Shown here: positions 10,118 through 20,090 of the stretch, in pieces | How the letters are laid out: the number at the start of each line of letters is the position of its first letter | How positions within the stretch are numbered: position 1 is the first letter of the stretch | From: Spirochaetota bacterium | GTDB lineage: Bacteria > Spirochaetota > UBA4802 > UB4802 | Direction: 5' to 3' | DNA: 64,000 nt | Assembly (NCBI GenBank): GCA_029907515.1 | Contig: JARYLT010000002.1 | Coordinates: 14,343-78,342 of the forward strand | Notes under the pieces: model-generated | Told to the model about the DNA's origin: nothing | Seen by the model: the letters and a program-made list of their open reading frames with translations, nothing else | The model's database searches: none | Made by a program: the position numbers and the translations under genes

Positions 10118-10160
10118 TTGACTTAATAAAATATTTATATGTTAAAATCTTAATGAACAA
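10118..10160 (+). promoter_or_regulatory. Candidate sigma70 promoter with an extended -10 element for the acyl-CoA ligase gene
   Basis: TTGACT ... TGtTAAAAT (extended -10) about 50 nt upstream of the ATG at 10208. The spacer of ~18-19 nt is slightly long. Confidence 0.3.
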
Positions 10161-10207
10161 TCAATCATAATACATTATAAAATATTACATATAAAAGAGG
10201 TAGAGGT

Positions 10208-12016
10208 ATGGGATACACACATTATTCGCAGGTATTCTGGGATCAGGTTAACAAATACGGCGACAGAGTAGCAATGCGGTATAAACCAAAAGATAGCTGG
10301 GTAGAATTTACCTGGAAGCAATTTGGTGATATGGTACACAATACCAGTAAGGCATTAATTGAATGTGGTATTGGCGAACAGGAAACAGTAGGAATATTTT
10401 CACAAAATATGCCCCAATGGTCAATAGCTGACATTGGTTCATTATGTATACGGGCAATCCCTGTTCCTATTTATGCAACCAACACTGCAAAACAGGCAGA
10501 ATACATCATCAACCATGCAGAAATAAAAGTTATATTTGTTGGGGATGCAGAACAATACTCCAAAGTAATGCAAATACTACCTGATAATAAATTTTTGCAG
10601 AAGGTTATAGTGTTCAAAGAGACTGTCCCAATACAAAAATCCGATAAAATATTGTATTTCAGCGATTTCTTAAAAATAGGGCAACAGTCCAACAAAGACA
10701 ATGAAGTCAAAGACAGGATGAGCAGAGGAACATTAGATGACCTTCTAACAATAATTTATACATCAGGGACCACCGGTGAACCAAAAGGTGTAATGTTAAC
10801 TCACTCAAATGCACTTTTTCAAAAAGAACAGCATGATTTACGTCTTATTGATCCAAATGAACATGATATATCACTGGCATTTTTGCCATTAAGCCATGTT
10901 TTTGAACGCATATGGACATACTATGTGTTTGCAAAAGGGATGACCAATAATTATCTGGAAGACCCGGCAAAGATCGTTGAATTTATTGGGGAAGTAAAAC
11001 CAACCATTATGTGCGCTGTTCCCAGATTTTATGAAAAGATTTATGCAACAGTATTTAACAGATTAGAAAGCGCTCCACCAGCCAAGCAAAAACTTTTCAA
11101 ATGGGCAGTCAAAGTAGGCGCACAGTATAATAACCGAAAAAAAGACCAGCTTTTTATATCACCAATGTTGCGTTTTAAACATAAAATAGCAGACACACTT
11201 GTACTCAAAAAAATACGGGACGTTGTGGGTGGTAGAATAAAATTCTTCCCCTGTGCAGGAGCTCCCCTTTCACAGGAAATTGAAGAATTCTTCTATGCCT
11301 GTGGCATATTTATTTGCTATGGTTATGGATTAACTGAAACTACTGCAACCGTTACCTGCCATGAACAATATCATTTTAAATTTGGTGCAGTAGGCAAACC
11401 ACTTCCCAATGTAGAGGTCAAGATTGATCCTGCTAACGGTGAGATATTAGTACGTGGCGGCAATGTCATGAAAGGCTATTACAAAAAGCCAGAGGCTACG
11501 GCTGAAGTACTTTCATCTGATGGATGGTTCAGAACCGGCGATGCTGGATTCTTTGAAGAAAATGGCGAACTAAGGATTACCGAGCGAATTAAAGACCTCA
11601 TGAAAACATCAGGGGGGAAATATATTGCTCCTCAGATGATAGAAAGTACCATTGGCGCCGACCATTTTATTGAACAGATAGCGGTCATTGGCGACCAGCG
11701 AAAGTATGTTACTGCACTCGTGGTACCTTCATTCCTGGCTCTTGAAGAATATGCAAAAGCTCATAATATATCTTATACAAGTAAAGAAGATCTCATTTCA
11801 AAACCTGAGATCATTGAATTTTACCGGCAGCGAATAGATGAAGCACAGAAGGAATTTGCACGGTTTGAAAAGATTAAAAAATTTACTCTTCTTCCTCAAG
11901 AATTTACCGTCGAATCGGGCGAGATAACTCCAACATTAAAACTTAAACGTAAAGTTATTGCCGAAAAGTATAAAGATATCATTGATGCAATGTACAGGGA
12001 TGATAAGGGTGAATAA
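10208..12016 (+). CDS. Long-chain-fatty-acid--CoA ligase (AMP-binding)
   Basis: 602 aa. Motifs TSGTTGEPKGVMLTH and YGYGLTETT. RBS aaagagg precedes the start. Confidence 0.85.
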   Translation: MGYTHYSQVFWDQVNKYGDRVAMRYKPKDSWVEFTWKQFGDMVHNTSKALIECGIGEQETVGIFSQNMPQWSIADIGSLCIRAIPVPIYATNTAKQAEYIINHAEIKVIFVGDAEQYSKVMQILPDNKFLQKVIVFKETVPIQKSDKILYFSDFLKIGQQSNKDNEVKDRMSRGTLDDLLTIIYTSGTTGEPKGVMLTHSNALFQKEQHDLRLIDPNEHDISLAFLPLSHVFERIWTYYVFAKGMTNNYLEDPAKIVEFIGEVKPTIMCAVPRFYEKIYATVFNRLESAPPAKQKLFKWAVKVGAQYNNRKKDQLFISPMLRFKHKIADTLVLKKIRDVVGGRIKFFPCAGAPLSQEIEEFFYACGIFICYGYGLTETTATVTCHEQYHFKFGAVGKPLPNVEVKIDPANGEILVRGGNVMKGYYKKPEATAEVLSSDGWFRTGDAGFFEENGELRITERIKDLMKTSGGKYIAPQMIESTIGADHFIEQIAVIGDQRKYVTALVVPSFLALEEYAKAHNISYTSKEDLISKPEIIEFYRQRIDEAQKEFARFEKIKKFTLLPQEFTVESGEITPTLKLKRKVIAEKYKDIIDAMYRDDKGE

Positions 12017-12051
12017 AAAAAAACGGCGCTTCAAAAAAGCGCCGTTTTTTT
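12015..12051. terminator. Bidirectional rho-independent terminator shared by convergent genes
   Basis: aaaaaaacggcgct tcaaaaa agcgccgttttttt: a GC stem flanked by an A-run and a T-run. Confidence 0.75.
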
Positions 12052-12059
12052 ATCTACTG

Positions 12060-14099
12060 TTAAACCTTTGCCACCTGTTGCAGGTTAGCTATCGCTAAAA
12101 ATGCTTCATGAATAGCATCATTTATTTTTCCTATCTTTTTGGAATCGCCAATGACCGTGTGCGAAATACCAGCTTTCTGTAATTCATTCCCCAGTGGATT
12201 AAACGACCTTGAGCCAACTGCAATAACCACATTATCAAATTCCTGTGTTACCACATTGTTGTCCTTTGAAAAAATTACAGCTTTACCAGTAATTTCAGTG
12301 ACCCTGGCAGAAGTAATCACATTAACACCAAATTTTTCTAATTCCAATTTCATTATCCACTTTGTTGATCTGCCAACATCCTTACCAATAGAAGGAAGCA
12401 TCTCAATAATGGTGACAGTACTGGTACCCTGTGTTTTTAACTCTTTCAATCGTTCCACAGGTTCTGCTTCAAAAAACATCAAAAAATGCAGGACTTCAGG
12501 CGACAAAGTGCCCTTATTTGCAATAAACAGTGCTGTTTCTATACCAACAGCTCCTCCACCTATCACTGCAACATTGCGCCCCAATTTTGGGTTATTTTGC
12601 AAAATGTCCCAGGCTGAATATACATGTGGGCTATCAATTCCTTTAATGGGTGGTTTTATTGGTTCTGCACCTGTAGCAACAATCACATGATCAGGCTTCT
12701 TTTTGTTTATAAGATCAATTGTTACTGCGGTATTCAAATGTACCGGTATTGAATATTCTTCTATCATTGCCTTGTAGTAACGGATAATCTCCAGTAATTC
12801 CTGCTTATTGGGTGGTGCTGCAGCTATAAACAACTGACCACCAATTTCATGTTCTTTTTCAAAAATTTCAACTTCATGTCCTGCCTCTTTTGCCCGTACT
12901 GCTGCTTCAAGCCCAGCAGGTCCTGCACCCACAACCATAATCTTCAACGGATGAGAAGTTTTTGCAATAGAGCGTTCAAACTCATACCCCGCGCATGCAT
13001 TTAAAATACATCCTACTGGCATACCGCTGAATAATGTATCAGTGCAACCCTGATTACAACCCACGCATGGCCGTATCAATTTTGCTTTTCCCTGCATAGC
13101 TTTCTTTGGCCAATACGGATCAGCAATCAGTACTCTTCCCAGGTTGACCATATCAGCCATACTATCGCGAAGTATCCTCTCAGCCTCAACAGGTGAGCTG
13201 ATTCTGTTGGAAGCCATTACTGGCACATTTACTGCCTTTTTAATATTGGCAGCAAGATATGCATACCCTGCACGTGGCAATTCCATGGGCAGTTGTGGAA
13301 CCTTAGCTTCATGCCATCCACCGGTAACATTAATGATATCCACACCTGCTTCTTCATATACTTTAGCAAACAACGGTGTTTCTCTGCTTGTGTTACTTCC
13401 CGGAACAAAATCATTCCCCGCCATCCGTATGCTTATGGGGAAATCCTTTCCCACTGCCTGCCTAACTTTTTCAATCACCTCTCGAGGGAAGCGCACCCTG
13501 TTTTCAAATGAGCCGCCATATTTGTCTGTTCGCTTATTTGTTATGGGCGATAGAAACTGTGTAATGAGATACCCTGCAGAAGCAATAATCTCAACGCCGT
13601 CAAAGCCAGCTTCCTTTACACGCAGCGCAGCATCAACATATGCTTTCTGGACAATTTCTATATCCTCCAGTGTCATTTCCCTGGGTGTCTGTTTTGAGTA
13701 TTTTGAATACACCGCTGAAGGAGCAACAGGCTGTATGCCATCTGTGAGCATTGAATAGGAATAAGCCCCAGCATGAAACAGTTGCACAAATGTCCGCGCA
13801 CCTTCATTTTTTATTATCTGTGCCAATTTTGCAAAATCAGGAATCCTGTCATCTGATGCCAGTGATAAGGCAATCCTGCCAGATCCTGCAATATCTATTC
13901 CAACCGGCCCCACAGTAACAAGGCCTGCACCACCTTTTGCTTTTTCCCTGAAATATTCATAGTACCGATCATTCAAAGTACCATCATATGAATATAGTAG
14001 CCCTAAAGCAGGGTAAGCAATCCTGTTTTTGATTTCCAATGTATTAATGGTTATTGGTGTGAAAAGAAGTTGATACATATAGCCTCCTAAACATAACAC
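12060..14099 (-). CDS. fadH: 2,4-dienoyl-CoA reductase-like NADH:flavin oxidoreductase (OYE N-domain plus FAD/NAD(P)-binding C-domain)
   Basis: 679 aa. Old-yellow-enzyme TIM-barrel N-terminus. C-terminal Rossmann motif VVGAGPAGLEAA. Confidence 0.8.
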   Translation of the reverse strand: MLCLGGYMYQLLFTPITINTLEIKNRIAYPALGLLYSYDGTLNDRYYEYFREKAKGGAGLVTVGPVGIDIAGSGRIALSLASDDRIPDFAKLAQIIKNEGARTFVQLFHAGAYSYSMLTDGIQPVAPSAVYSKYSKQTPREMTLEDIEIVQKAYVDAALRVKEAGFDGVEIIASAGYLITQFLSPITNKRTDKYGGSFENRVRFPREVIEKVRQAVGKDFPISIRMAGNDFVPGSNTSRETPLFAKVYEEAGVDIINVTGGWHEAKVPQLPMELPRAGYAYLAANIKKAVNVPVMASNRISSPVEAERILRDSMADMVNLGRVLIADPYWPKKAMQGKAKLIRPCVGCNQGCTDTLFSGMPVGCILNACAGYEFERSIAKTSHPLKIMVVGAGPAGLEAAVRAKEAGHEVEIFEKEHEIGGQLFIAAAPPNKQELLEIIRYYKAMIEEYSIPVHLNTAVTIDLINKKKPDHVIVATGAEPIKPPIKGIDSPHVYSAWDILQNNPKLGRNVAVIGGGAVGIETALFIANKGTLSPEVLHFLMFFEAEPVERLKELKTQGTSTVTIIEMLPSIGKDVGRSTKWIMKLELEKFGVNVITSARVTEITGKAVIFSKDNNVVTQEFDNVVIAVGSRSFNPLGNELQKAGISHTVIGDSKKIGKINDAIHEAFLAIANLQQVAKV

Positions 14100-14285
14100 T
14101 GTTATGTTTAGATTCTACCACATTACCACTTTATATTACAACTTTTTTTACAGAATTAATAATAAAAAAATTTTACTATCATTTACCAACATATCTATTA
14201 TTATGTGCTACTATATGTTTTAATAGATTTTCATTATCATATATGCAAATTTTAGTTTATATTTTTTAAAATCAGCATACCATAC

Positions 14286-15167
14286 TTGAGTAATGGAATT
14301 CATACAATGATTACACCTCATACCAAAGGCATTCTTTACGTACTTCTTTCTGCAGTTACATTTTCTCTATCAACAGTATTTGCAAAATATATTACCAGTA
14401 CATCCCCCATTCATGGTATTGAAGTATCTTTTGTAAGATTTCTCATTGGATTTATTATCTCTTCAGGGTATATTATCATTCACAAGATGAGTATTCGCCC
14501 TAATCATATACCGCTGGTGCTTACTCGGGCTGTATCAAACACTGTAGCAGTAATACTTTTTTTTGTTGGCGTTCAATATACAACCGTAACCAATGCAAAT
14601 ATGCTCAATATGACATATCCTGTTTTTGTATTTGTGCTTGCTCCTTTGTTTAATAAGGAACGCATTGTAAAAATTAATTTCTTGTATCTTATGATAACAC
14701 TCATTGGAACCTATCTCGTGATACTACCACATTACAGTACCATTAATATTGGTGACATATATTCATTTCTATCGGCAATTATTTCTGCTATTGCTGTGGT
14801 AGCACTGCGTGAATCGCGAAAATATGATAGTACATCAATAATTTTGTTCCACCTTATGAGTATTGGGCTTGTAATAAATGGTATTGCCATGATCCCGGTA
14901 TTTACAATTCCAGATACTGTCACATTTGTTTATATGCTGCTTTCAGGTTTAAGTGCATATTTAGGACAGGCTTTTTTCACTGCTGGATTTAAGTTTATTG
15001 ATGCGACAAGTGGTTCAATAGTATCTTCAAGCAGGATATTTATTGCAGCATGCATGGGGATATATTTTTTCAATGACGCATGTACCACTAACATTATTGT
15101 TGGCGGTTTGTTAATCACAGTGGCTTTAATAGGCGTGAGTCTACAGGAACACAAAGATATACATTAA
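14286..15167 (+). CDS. EamA/DMT family transporter
   Basis: 293 aa with about 10 TM helices. Duplicated EamA-like halves. Confidence 0.6.
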   Translation: MSNGIHTMITPHTKGILYVLLSAVTFSLSTVFAKYITSTSPIHGIEVSFVRFLIGFIISSGYIIIHKMSIRPNHIPLVLTRAVSNTVAVILFFVGVQYTTVTNANMLNMTYPVFVFVLAPLFNKERIVKINFLYLMITLIGTYLVILPHYSTINIGDIYSFLSAIISAIAVVALRESRKYDSTSIILFHLMSIGLVINGIAMIPVFTIPDTVTFVYMLLSGLSAYLGQAFFTAGFKFIDATSGSIVSSSRIFIAACMGIYFFNDACTTNIIVGGLLITVALIGVSLQEHKDIH

Positions 15168-16114
15168 TCTTCTATAAAACCTCGCATCATCATGTCTACG
15201 CTACTTGCCAGTGCTTCTAAATCATAGCCACCTTCAAGAAATGCTATCATTCTACCCCCACTGAATTCATTTGCAACCTGCTTTAACAGGACAGTAAATT
15301 TATAGTATGACTCAGAGGTAAGCCCTATGTATGATAAGGGGTCGGCATTGTGAGCATCAAAACCAGCTGAAATAAGGATAATATCAGGTTCAAATTTCAT
15401 TAATGCAGGAACTATCTGATTCTTAAACACATCTAAATATTCAGGTTCACTACTACCTGCCGGCATCGGGAAATTAAGCGTATATCCTTCGCCCTCACCT
15501 TTACCCCGTTCACTGCGGGCACCGGTTCCAGGATAATGAGGATACTGATGTGTGCTGATGTACAGTACAGTTTTATCACGCTCAAAGGTGTGCTGCGTTC
15601 CATTACCATGGTGTACATCCCAATCAACTATCGCAATTTTCTTTAACCCATGCTCTACCTGTAAATATTTAGCTGCAATGGCAATATTATTGAATATACA
15701 AAATCCTGCAGCATAGTCATACTCAGCATGATGACCGGGCGGTCGTACTGCACAAAAGCCGCGTATTGCTTCTCCCGACATTATAGTATCACACATGTTA
15801 AGGCTGCCACCCACCGCAAATAGCGCAACCTCATACGAACGCTTGCATACGGCTGTATCCATAGAATCCAAATAATGTATACCTGATTCTATCTCCTGCT
15901 TTACGCGTTCAATGTATTCCGGAGAATGCACCAGTTCTATATACCGCTTTGCTCCAATTTTTGGTTCAACTTTAATCAGGGATTTATAATATGTCTGCTG
16001 ACGCAATCGCTGATCTATAGCTGCCAGCCGCTCAGGTCTTTCCGGATGACCCCATCCTGTATCGTGGTCCATATATACAGGATCAAAAAGGTATGCAGTA
16101 GGTACCATAAACAC
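15164..16114 (-). CDS. Histone deacetylase / acetoin utilisation (AcuC) family deacetylase
   Basis: 316 aa. Motifs PPGHHA, DWDVHHGNGTQ and FDAH. Confidence 0.8.
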   Translation of the reverse strand: MFMVPTAYLFDPVYMDHDTGWGHPERPERLAAIDQRLRQQTYYKSLIKVEPKIGAKRYIELVHSPEYIERVKQEIESGIHYLDSMDTAVCKRSYEVALFAVGGSLNMCDTIMSGEAIRGFCAVRPPGHHAEYDYAAGFCIFNNIAIAAKYLQVEHGLKKIAIVDWDVHHGNGTQHTFERDKTVLYISTHQYPHYPGTGARSERGKGEGEGYTLNFPMPAGSSEPEYLDVFKNQIVPALMKFEPDIILISAGFDAHNADPLSYIGLTSESYYKFTVLLKQVANEFSGGRMIAFLEGGYDLEALASSVDMMMRGFIED

Positions 16115-16196
16115 CCCGCATATTCAATAATTGTTTTACAAAACCAAATAAAATGTTTTATAAAAAGTCAAGTACTTTAAAAAATAGGTTTTACAA

Positions 16197-16841
16197 TCAC
16201 AAAGGATATCTAACCCCTAACCGTATTACCAGCCCTGACATATCCAGTTCTAAATCGCCGCTTTTTAGAGGTAAACTGCGATATCCAGCTTCAGCATAAA
16301 AATCAACCTTTGAATCAGCAGCCGGCTTTAACGAAGCTCCAAAAAACAATTCCCAAGATAGTCCGCTAAAAAGTTTGGTGATAGAATCCGCATTATATGA
16401 TTTACCAGTATTTGAATCAGTAAAATCAGGCTGTGAATAATGCAATATCATGAATGAATAGCCCAGGCCAATGGTTACAAAAGGTGTTACATACAGCTTA
16501 TCCTTTAAGTTTGGCAGGCGTACCTGTGCGTTGAACATCATAGGTATAAGATAGGCATTGGTATCTGCTTTAACATCCACAAACACTGAACCTTGCTGTT
16601 TAACACCAATCTTTCTGTCCCATTTTACCCAGTAAAATCCAGATTCCAAACCGGTAACAAAGTATGGGTCAAGAAGCCAGTTGTAATGTAAAGAAATATC
16701 CAGCCCATATTTTGCAGGATCATCGGCATACGATGTCCCCAGGGTACCGTTCAATTCGGAATTGGCAGCAAATACATTAGAACTTGCAATAATCATAATA
16801 ATTAAACTAAAGATTAAAAATGATATCCTCTTCATATTCAT
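16197..16841 (-). CDS. Outer-membrane beta-barrel protein (OmpW/OmpA-like porin family)
   Basis: 214 aa. Signal peptide and an alternating amphipathic beta-strand pattern with aromatic girdle residues. Confidence 0.5.
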   Translation of the reverse strand: MNMKRISFLIFSLIIMIIASSNVFAANSELNGTLGTSYADDPAKYGLDISLHYNWLLDPYFVTGLESGFYWVKWDRKIGVKQQGSVFVDVKADTNAYLIPMMFNAQVRLPNLKDKLYVTPFVTIGLGYSFMILHYSQPDFTDSNTGKSYNADSITKLFSGLSWELFFGASLKPAADSKVDFYAEAGYRSLPLKSGDLELDMSGLVIRLGVRYPL

Positions 16842-17120
16842 AGTTTCTCCTGCTGTTAAATATTTTTTTAACCATACCTTCAGAGCTATTGTCTGTCAAC
16901 ATCAATTTAATGTAAACCATTTTACAATTGCAATCATAGTATTAAAATCATGTATCACATGTATTAAACTATTCCTGAAAGATTTTTTGCAATTTTTTTA
17001 AATATTATCTATTATTAATCCATAAAAATTATTGATTATTTACATTATTTATGTAAATCTTGTTCCATCTTTTTTTACATAACCCAAAATGCCGTACTAT
17101 ATTATTCAAGGAATATCATT

Positions 17121-17744
17121 ATGAAAAAATTAACAGTGCTTTCATTATTTCTTTTTATTATTTCATGTACATCAGTAGACAAATCGGTATACATAAAAGA
17201 TAAACAGGCATTGCAAAAGCCTATACGTATAGCGGTTTTAACTTTTATGGACGCCCCAAAATATCCTGGTTCAGGAGTAAGTATTGCTGATGCATTGACC
17301 AGTGAACTGGTACAGATATCTAACTGGGATCTGGTGGAACGTTCACAGATAGAAAAAATCTTAAAAGAAAAATCACTTGATATGACTGGATTAACCGATT
17401 CTCAGCTTACCGATATTGGCAAATTAGCAAAAACTGACTATATCATAGTGGGAAGTGTATCAGATTATTATTATGACAGGCAATTTTATATTGTACCAAA
17501 AACAAAGATAGCATTTAATGCCCGTATTATCAATACACAAACAGGCAGTATTGTAGGAACTTTACGCTATAACCGTGAAACCAACAAGAATGCATGGTGC
17601 GGATGTTGTCTTTTAGGATGGTATTATCTGCCAGTGCTGTTGTTAACGGATCAGAATATTAATACAGATGTAAGCAAAGCTGCTCGTGATGTGGTAAGGG
17701 CTATAGAAAAGGATATTAGCGGTAAAAAAGGTTGCTGCATATAA
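17121..17744 (+). CDS. CsgG/LpoB/LPP20-like periplasmic lipoprotein with a cysteine-rich C-terminal tail
   Basis: 207 aa. Lipobox LFLFIISC. Core pattern IRIAVLTFMD...DALTSELVQISNWDLVERSQIEKILKEKSLDMTG...IGKLAKTDYIIVGSV. The tail contains WCGCCLLGW and a terminal KKGCCI. Confidence 0.45.
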   Translation: MKKLTVLSLFLFIISCTSVDKSVYIKDKQALQKPIRIAVLTFMDAPKYPGSGVSIADALTSELVQISNWDLVERSQIEKILKEKSLDMTGLTDSQLTDIGKLAKTDYIIVGSVSDYYYDRQFYIVPKTKIAFNARIINTQTGSIVGTLRYNRETNKNAWCGCCLLGWYYLPVLLLTDQNINTDVSKAARDVVRAIEKDISGKKGCCI

Positions 17745-17760
17745 TTATTGCATCCCCTTT

Positions 17761-17955
17761 TTACTGATAGCTATCTATAATAGTTCCCAGGCCTTCAACA
17801 CTGACATGTGAGATTACGTTTGCTTTTACCATCTTTTCACTTAATCCAGTACGTACTGCAGCCAGCCCCTTAAGTAAATTGTTGAGCTGTTCTATGCTCT
17901 GTTCTATTGCTGTTATGTGTTGTGCCATCATGACACCCTCCTTTGTGTCAAACAT
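17761..17955 (-). CDS. Hypothetical small protein
   Basis: 64 aa ORF with a GGAGG-like SD (aaggagggtgtc atg). No recognisable motif. Confidence 0.3.
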   Translation of the reverse strand: MFDTKEGVMMAQHITAIEQSIEQLNNLLKGLAAVRTGLSEKMVKANVISHVSVEGLGTIIDSYQ

Positions 17956-18265
17956 TAATTTCTATTTGCAATATCGACTAAATCTGCTATATTCTTAATA
18001 CAATATTTTTGTAGAAATTTTTGTATTTTTTTTTAAATTATCTTCCCATATATTATTAACTTAATTCCATAGTACAACACAATACTTTGATATGGGTGTT
18101 TTTAAGGGATGGAAAGCAGCCACAAACTGGCAAAAATGTTTGCAACTTAACCCCTTAAAAAGGAAATGCGTGATGATTTTATCAAAAAACGGTTGCTACA
18201 GCCTATCAAAGCATGGAATAAGGGTGAAATAAATACATTTTATTTTCAGAAGGAGACTCTTCATA

Positions 18266-20086
18266 ATGAAAATTAGCAATATATATTTAGCAGTGTATAC
18301 GTTTATTTTGTTTATGATTTTATCTGTAAATTATGGATACGCTGATACTAACATTACAATCCATCCTGATAAGAAAGTACTGAATGTAAAACCAAATGCA
18401 AAAGCCTGTGCTATTGTACACATAGAGCTACCTTCAAAAGGCTATATCTATGCAAACCCCAAAGGTGAGGGAACTGGTAAAGCTACAACCGCGTATGCAA
18501 AACCAACGCAACACATAGTACCCGAAAAAACGCGTTATCTTCCAGGGACCCTGTATATTTCACCTCTTGACAGCAAACCGGTATATATTTACAATAAGCA
18601 CACTGCACTCTGTATCCCATTTGAAGTAAAAACTACGCATGAGGGTACGTATTCATTATCAATCACTATTGAGGCATTATATTGCAATGATGTATCCTGT
18701 ACCCCTATACAGCAAACTATCACCCAGATAATTGACGTCAACACATCAGCACCCGAATTTGATACTTCACTATGTACCATGTATAAAGTGCCTGAAGCTA
18801 TAATTCATACAGTAAACAAAAAGGATTTACCCGGTCACTTTAATGTAATAGATGCAGGCAGTACTCCAACATCAAGTTTATTTCACGCTATCATGTTTGG
18901 CATTCTTGCAGGCTTTTTGCTTAACTTTATGCCCTGTGTGCTTCCTGTAATTAGTCTTAAAATTTTAAGTTTTATATCCTATGGCAATAACAAACCAGGC
19001 CAGGTACGAATCATGGGATTGCTTTTTACCGCAGGGATTCTCACATCATTTCTGGCATTAGCATCCCTGGCAGCATTTGCTGGTTATAACTGGGGAGAGC
19101 TTTTTCAGCATAAAATGTTTATTATTATCATGGCAGCAATAATTTTTGCACTGGCATTATCGTTTTTTGGTGTGTATACATTTAATATTCCACAACTTCC
19201 ACAATTGCAAAGTGCCAATATGTACGTAGATTCCTATTTCAAAGGCATAGTTGCCACACTACTTGCTACCCCCTGTAGCGGTCCATTTTTAGGGGCTACA
19301 CTGGCATGGTCATTAACGCAGCATCCTTTTATAATTTTTATGGTTTTTATTAACATAGGCCTTGGTATGTCACTGCCATACCTGCTTTTATCATTCTATC
19401 CATCACTTATCAGGTTCATCCCCAAACCTGGTGATTGGATGATAACATTTGAGCAATTCATGGGATTTTTGATGATTGCCACCACCATGTATCTTATAAC
19501 ATTACTTGATGCAAGCACTCTAACAAAAACTATTTGGTTTTTATTACTTGTATCCATTGGGTTATGGCAATGGGGACGGTTTGGGAATATAACAAAACCA
19601 TCTATACAGCGAATAATTTCATTTGTTGTACTTGTGCTACTTGTTGTTTCAGCAAGCATGATATTTTCTTCCAAAAAAACGTCTCAAGCTGAAATAACCT
19701 ACAAGCCTTATGACTGGGAGGCGATAGTTCATAACAATACATCACAGGTTGCAATGGTCATTTTTACTGCACAGTGGTGCCCAAACTGCAAATTTGTTGA
19801 AGCAACAGCATTAACATCTTCAGATGTTATCGAATTTATTCATAAGAATAATATTGCTGTATACAAAGCCGATATTACCACAAAGAATCCCCCAGCAGAG
19901 ACCATACTGCAGCAACTGGGTTCACGATCGATACCCTTTGTAGCTATATTCCCTTCAGGGGATAATTTTTCACAACCTGTTATCCTGCGTGATATTTATA
20001 CATCAAAGGATTTATTGAAGGCTTTGCAAAAAGCCATTGAATTAAGCAAACAATCAGAGTTTCCCCAACTTTTAACTATCCCTTAA
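18266..20086 (+). CDS. dsbD: Thiol:disulfide interchange protein DsbD (signal peptide, alpha domain, TM core and C-terminal thioredoxin)
   Basis: 606 aa. TM-core motif FMPCVLPV plus a second TM Cys region PCSGPF. C-terminal thioredoxin WCPNCK. RBS aaggag. Confidence 0.8.
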   Translation: MKISNIYLAVYTFILFMILSVNYGYADTNITIHPDKKVLNVKPNAKACAIVHIELPSKGYIYANPKGEGTGKATTAYAKPTQHIVPEKTRYLPGTLYISPLDSKPVYIYNKHTALCIPFEVKTTHEGTYSLSITIEALYCNDVSCTPIQQTITQIIDVNTSAPEFDTSLCTMYKVPEAIIHTVNKKDLPGHFNVIDAGSTPTSSLFHAIMFGILAGFLLNFMPCVLPVISLKILSFISYGNNKPGQVRIMGLLFTAGILTSFLALASLAAFAGYNWGELFQHKMFIIIMAAIIFALALSFFGVYTFNIPQLPQLQSANMYVDSYFKGIVATLLATPCSGPFLGATLAWSLTQHPFIIFMVFINIGLGMSLPYLLLSFYPSLIRFIPKPGDWMITFEQFMGFLMIATTMYLITLLDASTLTKTIWFLLLVSIGLWQWGRFGNITKPSIQRIISFVVLVLLVVSASMIFSSKKTSQAEITYKPYDWEAIVHNNTSQVAMVIFTAQWCPNCKFVEATALTSSDVIEFIHKNNIAVYKADITTKNPPAETILQQLGSRSIPFVAIFPSGDNFSQPVILRDIYTSKDLLKALQKAIELSKQSEFPQLLTIP

Positions 20087-20090
20087 AGGC

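Noticed and set aside
13144-13758. 204 aa plus-strand ORF inside fadH, and the similar long antisense ORFs 24620-25480 (in guaB), 48082-48402 (in hisD), 52997-53596 and 54596-54943 (in gyrA), 59652-60119 (in dnaN), 6223-6648 (in leuS) and 12139-12690
   Set aside because: Each lies entirely within a strongly supported housekeeping gene on the opposite strand. They have low-complexity S/T/P/A-rich translations typical of antisense shadows of well-conserved genes, and none has a recognisable motif.
18160-18262. About 31-codon ORF (MRDDFIKKRLLQPIKAWNKGEIN...) in the dsbD leader
   Set aside because: No SD. It runs into and overlaps the dsbD start in another frame, so it is most likely a chance ORF in AT-rich sequence.
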